Of a stretch of 64,000 nt of DNA, positions 55,139 through 64,000 are shown in pieces. The translations under genes were made by a program, and so were the position numbers. Source of the stretch: Marsupella aquatica (lineage: Eukaryota > Plantae > Marchantiophyta); NCBI GenBank assembly GCA_973895155.1, contig OZ316892.1, forward strand, positions 15,977,040 through 16,041,039, read 5' to 3'. Every line of letters begins with the position of its first letter. Position 1 is the first letter of the stretch. The notes under the pieces are model-generated. The model was not told the origin of the DNA. It searched no databases and saw nothing but the letters and a program-made list of their open reading frames with translations.

Positions 55139-55912
55139 TCATTTAGAAACAACTCTCTTCTTATTGGTAACAACAGCTTGTCCATTGCGCAAGTAGGCTA
55201 CCAATCCTTGGTCTTTGGCTACCCTCACCTTCTCAAGCTCAATTTTCCTTGCTTGGACTTGTGTGGGAGTCAGATCATCATCCAACCAAATCCTTAGCCC
55301 TTTAAGCATGCTCCTGTTAGCCATCACTCTAGCTTTCTCGGATTCAGCTGCAAACTTCACCAAGATTGGACGTGGAAGGTCCCCCTTCTTTTGCCCAATC
55401 CTATATGCTTGCAAAATGATAGGGTCATGCACTTTCATCTGAGATTGGAAGAATGAAATTGCTACCTTCTTGGTGTCTTCCTTCTCCTCCTCAACAAGGC
55501 CTGATATTTTGCAGTTGCTGACTCTTGCATGCTGGTTCTTGTGTTCTTCTTCTAGTGCTCTCCTCTCCTCCTCCTTGGCTTGGACAAATTCCATATGTGA
55601 TTGTTTTGCAGCCCGTGCAAAGGTTTTGAGCTTCTCCTCAATCTCCCCTACAGCCTCATGTATCACTGATTTCTCTGGGCACATACTCTTCTCCATGTCT
55701 CCAAAACACGATGCAAGCAATGAGAGTTGCTTACCATTCTCCTGAGTTTGAGATCGAAGATCACTAATCAACCTCTTTTGCTTGACATTCTCATTCTTTA
55801 GCTCCGTCACCTCCTTGCTGAGCGTGGTAATCTCAATTGCGGAGTTTTCAGCCACAACTAAGATTTTCTCAAGCAAAGCCTTGAGATGGGCAATCTCCTC
55901 CGTTGCCATCAC
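55139..55912 (-). CDS. LINE ORF1 protein
   Basis: Intact 257-aa ORF with two amino-acid differences from 2305-3078. Confidence 0.85.
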   Translation of the reverse strand: MMATEEIAHLKALLEKILVVAENSAIEITTLSKEVTELKNENVKQKRLISDLRSQTQENGKQLSLLASCFGDMEKSMCPEKSVIHEAVGEIEEKLKTFARAAKQSHMEFVQAKEEERRALEEEHKNQHARVSNCKISGLVEEEKEDTKKVAISFFQSQMKVHDPIILQAYRIGQKKGDLPRPILVKFAAESEKARVMANRSMLKGLRIWLDDDLTPTQVQARKIELEKVRVAKDQGLVAYLRNGQAVVTNKKRVVSK

Positions 55913-55974
55913 AAAGCTGAAACTGTTGTTAGAATGTACTCTTAGACGACAAATAGAAATTGGGAGCAGTAGAG

Positions 55975-56821
55975 GATGTCAGTTGCAGCTCTACCTTTGC
56001 CAGTGATACACTCTCGCTGTTTGCAACACTCTGCCAAAATCTGAGCTCAAACCGCAGCCGATTGCCCTTCCAACTCGAAGTGAAATTTCGCCCCAAGCTC
56101 AGAATCCCGAAATTGGACACGTAGCAGATCGTGCATGCTAAAGTGCATACCAAACGATGTCGGTTGCAGCTCTAACTTTGCCAGTGATACATTCTCGCTG
56201 TTTCCAATGCTCTGGCAAAGTCTGAGCTTAAACCGTAGCCAATTTCCCTTCCAACTCAAAGTGAAATTTTGCCCCAAGCTCAGAATTGCGAAACTGGAGA
56301 CGTAACAGATCGTGCATATCAAACAATGTCGGTTGCAGCTCTAACTTTGCCAGTGATACATTCTTGCTGTTTCCAATGCTCTGGCAAAATCTGAGCTCAA
56401 ATCGCAGCCGATTGCCCTTCCAACTCGAAGTGGAATTTCACCCCGAGCTCAGAATCGCGAAACTAGAGACGTAGCAGATTGCGCATGCTAAAGTGCATAT
56501 CAAACGATGTCGGTTGCAGCTCTAACTTTGCCAGTGATACATTCTCGCTGTTTCCAATGCTCTGGCAAAGTCTGAGCTTAAACCGCAGCCGATTGCCCTT
56601 CCAACTCGAAGTGAAATTTCGCCCCAAGCTCAGAATCGCGAAACTGGAGACGTAGCAGATCGCGCATGCTAAAGTGCATACCAAACGATGTCGGTTGCAG
56701 CTCTAACTTTGCCAGTGATACATTCTCGCTGTTTCCAATGCTCTGGCAAAGTCTGAGCTTAAACCGCAGCCGATTGCCCTTCCAACTCGAAGTGAAATTT
56801 CGCCCCAAGCTCAGAATCGCG
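55975..56821 (-). repeat. 181-bp tandem monomers forming the LINE 5' UTR (~4.7 copies)
   Basis: Unit starts at 55975, 56156, 56325 (preceding unit has a 12-bp deletion), 56506 and 56687. About 1.9 copies also lie at 3141-3481. Confidence 0.95.
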
Positions 56822-56841
56822 TTTGGACAAAGGAGTTCAGC

Positions 56842-57425
56842 AGGCTTTGCACAAACTTTGGCATGAACCTAGCCCACGGCAGCAATACTACATGAGAGAT
56901 GTGAACCCCATGAAGAAATATCGAGAACAAGAATACTTATCTAGCACTATCTCAGTACAACTTAGACAACTTATTGCTCAGTATAGACTAAGCTCACACC
57001 ACCTTGAAGTAGAACAAGGGAGATGGAAGGATATTGACAGGAAAAAGAGGGTTTGTCAACTATGTGATAGCTCTAGTATAGAGAATGAATATCATGTATT
57101 CATTGCTTGCAAGTTTTATGAGGGGGTTAGGATGGCATCTCAAATCTTGGTGAAAGATTTGTATGCATTGTTTGGTCTGCCCCCTCAGCAACTTGGAAGA
57201 TATATCTTTGCAGTGGATAGGGAAAGGAGAATAGGTTTGGAAAATCTTTTAGGGCTCTCTAGGTCCATAGTTTCTTTGAGGACATAGTTGTCCTCTTCTG
57301 AGCAATCTCTTTTGGTTGCTCTTTTCTTTGATTGCATTGTACTTTACTTTTTGTGGCAGCTCCTTTGACTTTCATGGTCCCGGAGCTTATAATACATTAC
57401 CATTACCATTACCATTACCATTACA
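56842..57425 (+). mobile_element. LINE family A 3' fragment with (CATTAC)5 tail
   Basis: Reverse complement of 51810-52370; ORF ends at 57287. Confidence 0.95.
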
Positions 57426-57433
57426 TTGCATTT

Positions 57434-57582
57434 TGATTAACCAAATGTAGCAGGCTAGCAGAGGGACGAAGGATAGGGCCAACACTAATGCACAGCAGTG
57501 AACAACTATGATTAACCAAATGTCAGTAGCAGGCCAGCAGAGGGACGGAGGATAGGGCCAACACTAATGCGCAGCTGTGAAA
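57434..57582. repeat. Tandem duplication, ~75-bp unit x2
   Basis: TGATTAACCAAATGT...GATAGGGCCAACACTAATGC occurs twice. Confidence 0.85.
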
Positions 57583-59340
57583 GACTGACAAATAGAAAGC
57601 AAACGAGAGCTTCAAATATAGAACATCAAACCTTCAGCAGCGGTCAATGGGCTTTGATTCACAGGTCGCCTGGCTTGGTCCCTTGTCGCAGCTCGCCCAG
57701 CTCCACAACACCGTAGACAAGGAGTTGGCTGGTCCAATTTCCACCATGCAGTGTTAGCAAAACTGCAATGCTTGATCTTCGCCCTCCGCCCTTTGCCCGA
57801 ACCCCAAAATAGACCTCAAAGTAGAAAGCCAGCAAAGGGTTGAGCAGAAATCCCTAGAAAATCCCGCCTCTAAAGTCCATTGCTCGTGGTTACAAATGAT
57901 GGCAACGGAACATTCGGGCAACCCAACAGTTGAACTGACCTCAATCACACCTGCACCTGGTTGGCAGCTCCGCAGACACTAATTGTAGCTCTAGTTGAAG
58001 ACATCATTTGAACAGCAAATCAGTCACAGCTCATGAATCCGTTCAGACTAGCATCATGGGTACTACGTCGGAGCACTGCGCAAGAAGCCAGGAAAAAACT
58101 GCAAACATGGGGACCCACAGGCAAGAAATCTGGACCTCCGACACAATCTGGAAATCCTTTCGCAAACAACTGGACCTCTCCTCAACAACTTGCGATGGTA
58201 GTAGCTCGCAATGGTAGCAGCTTGCGATAGTAGCTCCCTTCAACAAGCTTGGTAGTGCGATAGGAGCAACAACTTACAGAGAAGACAATGACCTCCCCTA
58301 TGAGACTGATTGAAAGACCTCAATACAATTACTGAAGCAGGGATACAGAACGGGGAGAAGCCTTTCGCAGTTTGGGACGGCGAGAAGTGTGAACACTTAG
58401 GGCAGGGCCCGCAGGAAGGTCACTCAGTCCGAATGAGCCACAAGCTTATCGCCCAAAACCACGCAAACCTGAAGTTGAAATTAGCACTATGAGGTAGCAA
58501 GCTACAAAATAGCATTTCCCACATTCTTAATGCATGGCATCGGAGCTCATTCCGCCTAGAAAACCAAAGCCACTACCAAAACTAACTTGCAAATGGAAGT
58601 TTGGACTAACCAGGGTGATTCAGGGCAGTTCAATGTCACTATGGCAGGTGCATTGCTGCTCGTAGCTGCAATGTACCTTAGCGCTCCCGGTCCCTCCACG
58701 GCTGCAACTTCCCAAGACCGGTCGGTCCCAGCCAGTCAGTCTTCTCTGAATCTTGGTGCGCCCACGTTGTCTCAATCCAAAGCTGTCAGCTCTCAGGCAG
58801 GAGACAAATCTCCGCTTGCCTTTGCGCCAAAAGCTGTCACTGGCCTCAAGAGCCTCTAAGGCAATGTCCGCAACGCCTCAATGTCTCCAACACCTCAATG
58901 TCCTTACCATCAAGCGCTTCTCAGGGATGCCTCAATGTCCTTACCACCTCACGACTGTCAAGGTCCCAAACCAGCGCAAACCACTTGCTGAACTCCTTTG
59001 TCCAAACAATTGTAAGGGGCATGCAGGTAGAACTGTCAAAAGCGCTCGCAGGAGTGGATGGCAACAATTGACTACAATCGCCTCCCAGCTTCCCTCGCAA
59101 AATGTTAACCCTAAACCCTACTTGTATGCTCCACTCATAGAAGCAAAGCACAATGTTCTGTCGCACAATGGGGCCCGAACACATGGGCGCAAGTACTCGA
59201 TAGTTCCCTTCACAAAAACCCAATAATCACCTGATGACCAAAGCACACTCACCCTAACCCAATACTTAGTGCAAGCAGTCATGTAAGCTCGTTTCCGTTG
59301 AGGTGACCCGTTGAGCATAATAAGTACGTTTGCGCCAGAG

Positions 59341-61438
59341 TGTTAGGCAACACACAAAACTAAAGAGGGTTAAGGATAACTTTAAATAAATCCCTTTGTG
59401 ACAAAGTCATGGCCACTTAATTAGTTGTGGGCCCCCCTAACCCTCCCCCCCCCCTTGTGGAATTAATCTTGGATCAAAAGGCACCATCATTTACACTCAA
59501 ATCAATCAAGTTGTGGACTGTTCATTGTGTCAATTAGTGCCCATGACCCTGTCAAAACAACACTAGTTGGCAATGCGGAATATATCATGGTGTGGGAGTT
59601 GTACCTAGCTAGGGTTATAGTGATGCATTAGTTCCGGTTCTGGTTAGAAACCACCCTAAGCCCTCCAGTACAGTTGTACCCTAAGTTATGAAAAGTACCC
59701 GTTACATGGATATTTATGGTGCAATGTTAGTTAAGGTTGGTGATATATACAAGGCATGTCCTTAAGCACTTAGGCCCAAAAGTAGGATGTCGCCCGGTCC
59801 TTCTTAAGTATACTCTTATCATGAACCCTTGTAAGACTTTGTCTTATACTAGTCTTTGTGTGGACCTTTAGAGTGATTCCAAGAACAAAACCCATGATGT
59901 CCTAGAGTGTTCACCCTTCACAAAGTAGCAAGGTTACTTTTCATAGTCTTTAACTAAACCGGAAAACACTCAAAGTCTTTTATAGTCTTTAACAAAACCT
60001 TGGCAATGGGTGCAAGTCATTTAAAGTATGGAAGAAGGACTTAGTGGGCTTAGTCCTATAAGGTATGGTCTAAATTACCCCGGTTTCTACTAGTGCAAGA
60101 GAATCTTAGTGAACTCCCAATCCTCCTAGCTTGTGCCAGCCTCTAGCCACCATCGATAGCTTTCCAATGTATTTAAAAGTACTCCGATTGAGTCTAAACT
60201 AAGCGAGTTATTCAGGTTTCAGCAGAACCCATCGATATCATCACTTTAAACTAGGGTCAGCCTTATCTCAAGGCTCCGTTACTGGTGTAAACTTGGTTTG
60301 CTTGACCCTGCATGTGTAAACTCAGGTGTACAAAGCCAAACAGTAACCCCGTGAGACTACAAACGTAAAGGCCCAGTACTCCTGTGAAATATAAGCCCTG
60401 TGAAATATAAGCCCTGGTCTTGACAGTAAGTGCATGGGTGAACGGAGAGAAAGAACTCATGGAAATAGGAGAATGAATGCTTCCAATCTATGGCAGAGTC
60501 GACTGCCTGATTCAGTTTGGAGCAAGGAGAGAACTAAGCTAGAACTTAGAGAACTGAACTTGTTTGAAGGGATTGTGGGTTATTTGAAGGAAGTCTGGCC
60601 AGTGCTTCCGTTCAGACCAGCCCTTCATTCTCACGAAAATATCTCCCTTCCATGTGTTCTTCTCTCAACTGTCGGTTGACCTTGGTAGCATTCAATTTGT
60701 GAGTCCAAAGAGCAGCCATTCTAATCTCAAAAATATACCTATGGACCTGATCCTGCATTCAATTGCTGAAGTCCAAAGAGCAGCCATTCTAATTTCAGAA
60801 TATATCTATGGACCTGATCCTGCATTCAATTGCTGAAGTCCAAAGAGCAGTCATTCTAATTTCAGAATATATCTATGGACCTGATCCTGCATTCAATTGC
60901 TGAAGTCCAAAGAGCAGCCATTCTAATTTCAGAATATATCTATGGACTTGATCCTGCATTCAATTCCTGAAGTTAAGGGCCACAACTCAGATTTCTTGTC
61001 AATCGCCCTAGTTGAGGAAATGGTCTTCTAGCTGTCCACTGTGCCACCTCAAAGTTCCCCTATAGAAGGTGCAAGTTGATTTCGCCTGAAGAGCCCCCTT
61101 GTTAGCGGTCGATGACTTTTCCTTTCTGTAAAATATTCTCTCTGATTCAGAAATTTCAATCTGCCCTATTAATTTCCCTTCCAGCCTTTGCTTTCCCTTC
61201 GATCTCCTCCTTTAATTCGTGCTCCAGGATTTCCTCTTCTAGTTCAGGTCTTCTGATTCTCCTTGAGCCCAACATTCCAGCCCAGTTCTTCTTACTTGAT
61301 TTGGTGGAGTATTGGCTCTCCATTCAGCTGTAGTGTTGAGCTCCATTCTCCCTTCAATTTCACTTTGATTTTTGCTCTATTGAATTCTGGGCTCAACACC
61401 TGGCCTTAGCTACACTGATTACTGTAATTAGTATCACA
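59341..61438 (-). repeat. Putative 5' LTR of a degraded minus-strand LTR element whose internal region is 57426-59337
   Basis: TG...CA ends and PBS-like TGGCGCAAACG on the minus strand 3 nt inside. No second LTR or recognisable protein domain, so the call is tentative. Confidence 0.45.
60703..60972. repeat. 67-bp tandem repeat x4
   Basis: GTCCAAAGAGCAG.CATTCTAAT...GATCCTGCATTCAATT.CTGAA starting at 60703, 60771, 60838 and 60905. Confidence 0.95.
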
Positions 61439-61772
61439 CACAATATTTACGAACAAAGGATTTTGAAGGATATCACCATAATTAATGTGTGTGAGACTAT
61501 ATAAGAAGTGAGAGTAAATACATGTTATTCTAAATTAAAGTAAGGGAGATTATTTTTGGTGACCCACAAATAGTGTGTGATGAATACTCAATTAATGTGT
61601 GTAACTTATGAATTTTTCCAGCCAGTAAGATGTATTTGCAAGGGCATATAAAATCAAACATTATTTATTAAAATCAGGTTAAGAATACAATCAAAATCAT
61701 ACTATGACAATTGACTAAACTCATACTATGACAATTGACTAAACTCCCTACTCATACTCCTGTAATTTAAGT

Positions 61773-63629
61773 CTAATCCAATCCATTTCCAGATCCAGAA
61801 TTGTCATGTCCAGATTCATCATCTTGTGATCCGAAATCATTGCCTTCAGACTCAAAATCCACAGGCGGTTCCTCTTCTGAATCATAATCAGTACTGCTAA
61901 TCTGTGGTGGAATTACAGGAACAATGTCAATCTCTGTATCTTGATCAGGTACATGTCCCATAGAAGGCACAGGTGTGCCTTCAAAATGAATCCTGTATTT
62001 TTGAATCAAATTTTGAAGATCTGGATTCAATTGCTATTCATGCCACACTCCATTGATATCAAGGGAAAGACCACAATGAATCATAGCCTTCCTTGCATAT
62101 GTTATACCAGTGTGCTTGTCTCGTTGTTGATTGACCTTCTGTACAGATGCTGCAGCAAGCTTTAAGAAAAATCGTTTGCCAAGATTCTTCACTGCTCCAG
62201 AATTCTGCCCACTGCTTCGACCAGAATTTTGAAATCCATTTCCACTCATGATCGTCTTCAACTTGTGCTTCTCCCAGGCATCTGTCCACGCATCCTTGAT
62301 CTTGGAGATCACAAATGAATCACAAGGTTGCGTCTTATCAGTGGAGCATGGAGGTAAGTTGCGTATGGTAGCATTCAATCTCTGCAACGTGGTGAAAGAC
62401 GCTTCTGTATAGTCATGGCCCTTGAAATTGTCGACAAAAATCACTCTTGTTTGCCCACCTTGAAGATTGGTGACTTGGCAGCGTGGTTCATTCAACCATT
62501 GATTCCAGACAGCTCTCGTCATGAAACCATTCTTTGCAGATCTGTAAGCAACACCAGGAATTGTATCCTCCACATTCCTAATAGGATAAGAGCAACGATC
62601 ATTCTGGAAAACAATCATAGGAACCTCTATGATAGATCGAGACCCTCCAGTGAGACGTACGATCATGGTCATGCCTTGCCCACCAGAAAATACATCTGCA
62701 TACTTGACATTGTCATCACCATGAAATCCCAGTGTCTTGCCATTGTCAATGTTGACAACGAAATGAGTTTCGTCAACATTTTCAACAAGGTCTTCATTCA
62801 GGGTCCCTGCTTCAAACTCTCTCTTGCGTTGTCCCAAATGGAAAGCGATCTCTTTATCTATGTGCTCTTGCTTCTCTGCACTCACCATCAGTTTCCCTGT
62901 TTGTGCCCTTCCAACAATGTTGCACTTCCCCATAAATCTCTGAATCCAATGAAGTGTAATCTTTTCTGAGATAGGAATTCCTCCTGACAGAAATGTTGAA
63001 GAGAATTGCGGATGAGTTGATTCGTCAAGCACTTGCTTTGCCAACTGCTGCAAAAGCTTCAGTGAAAATTTCACTCCTGCCTTTCGTAATCGATTGAACT
63101 CGTCCACCGTAGACTGGTACAACCACGTAACCCAATCCTCTGTCTTCTTGCCTCGACCTTCTCTTGCCTTCCGCAACATCTTTCGAATGATTCCATCTTG
63201 ACGAACATTGATGGATATGTCTGTCTCTTTGTTGATTTGCAACCAAATTGCTTGATTCTTCCACCAATCTGCAGCCTTCTTGAGATTTGCATTCTCACTA
63301 CCTCGAAATAACGCTGTGAACTCCTTAACAGTCCTTGAACACAGTCCAGCTTGGCCATTCGCCTCTCTATCTTGCCTCATCCACAAAACTACCTTCTTAC
63401 GATCTTGCATGGTCACGACGCACTAAGGTGCTCTCTTACGCTTTGTCTGGACAGCTTCTGTACGTGCAACTGATCGATCTAGAGAAAGAGCTTCAGGTAA
63501 TGAGTTTTCTGGAACATCTTCGACAAGCTCTGCAGGTTGTGATGAAACTCCAGTCCTCCCTATGTTCCTCACTCTAAGTCGAGATCGAGCAAATGCAGAT
63601 ATTAGAGGCGATGCAGAATGGAAATCCAT
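61773..63629 (-). pseudogene. pogo/CENP-B-like (DDE_1) transposase with two in-frame stops
   Basis: ORFs 63423-63629, 62034-63416 and 61773-62030 share one frame. Motifs WIQRFM, NVDETHF, IFVDNFKGH and TQPCD. A candidate terminus TA|CAGTACAC lies on the minus strand at 63961. Confidence 0.88.
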
Positions 63630-64000
63630 TGTGGAGAATGCTGCGATGCAAAAACTTGAGAAAACACACCGAAATTTGGCGAGAATGTTATGAGATTGGT
63701 AAACAAGTTTTGCGAAGTGTTTAGGTCACGGATAGGGCCGGCCAAGGGTTGGGATGGTAGAGGGGAGTGTAGGGCAGAAGATTGGTAGAAATTTAGGCAA
63801 AGTTGTGGTTGGGAGTGTCTTAGGTTTGCTCCACCAGTGTCACCTATAGTTTGGTCCTAAGTTTGACCCTGGTTTTGTAAAAGTCATCCATCAGTTTGCA
63901 AAGAAGCATTCCTTTATACTCTCACATGAAAACAAAAACTGTTGTCTTAAAAAGTGTACTGTAGTGATATTTTTTATTAATGTATAGGAGATTAATAAGG

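Larger units (their letters stand above)
51810..56821 (-). mobile_element. Near full-length LINE family A (RTEX/L2-CR1-like organisation)
   Basis: 5' monomer array, ORF1, ORF2 (APE+RT+Cys/His C-terminus), short 3' UTR and CATTAC tail. Confidence 0.93.

Noticed and set aside
51810-57425. Penelope-like or DIRS-like element suggested by inverted terminal repeats
   Set aside because: The protein is APE plus non-LTR RT with no GIY-YIG or tyrosine recombinase; the repeats are simply two LINE 3' ends.
50782-59120. Telomere-like CCCTAAACCC words at ~50790 and ~59110
   Set aside because: Only one or two units each, one inside gag coding sequence; not an interstitial telomeric array.

Overview
Eukaryotic, transposon-dense plant genomic DNA, probably from a seed-free land plant (inferred from the MVEQL-type calmodulin and the TE repertoire). 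One intact host gene, a two-exon calmodulin (24113-25920), sits among nested mobile DNA: two-ORF LINEs with hexamer tails, an L1 3' fragment, at least three Ty3/Gypsy families and a pogo-like transposase. Best candidate novel system: a decayed Mutator-like DNA transposon (~3.5-18.7 kb) with two divergent genes. One is a GCM/WRKY-type zinc-finger transposase. The other is an intron-containing gene with a ParB/Srx-like N-terminal motif and a C-terminal beta-class N4/N6 DNA amino-methyltransferase fold. About 20 copies of a 15-bp palindrome (TAGCGCCNGGCGCTA) are confined to the element's introns, intergenic region and end. Second highlight: a complete Athila-like retrotransposon whose ~4-kb LTRs each carry a reconstructable 877-codon gene. 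All family assignments come from motif recognition by eye; no searches were run.
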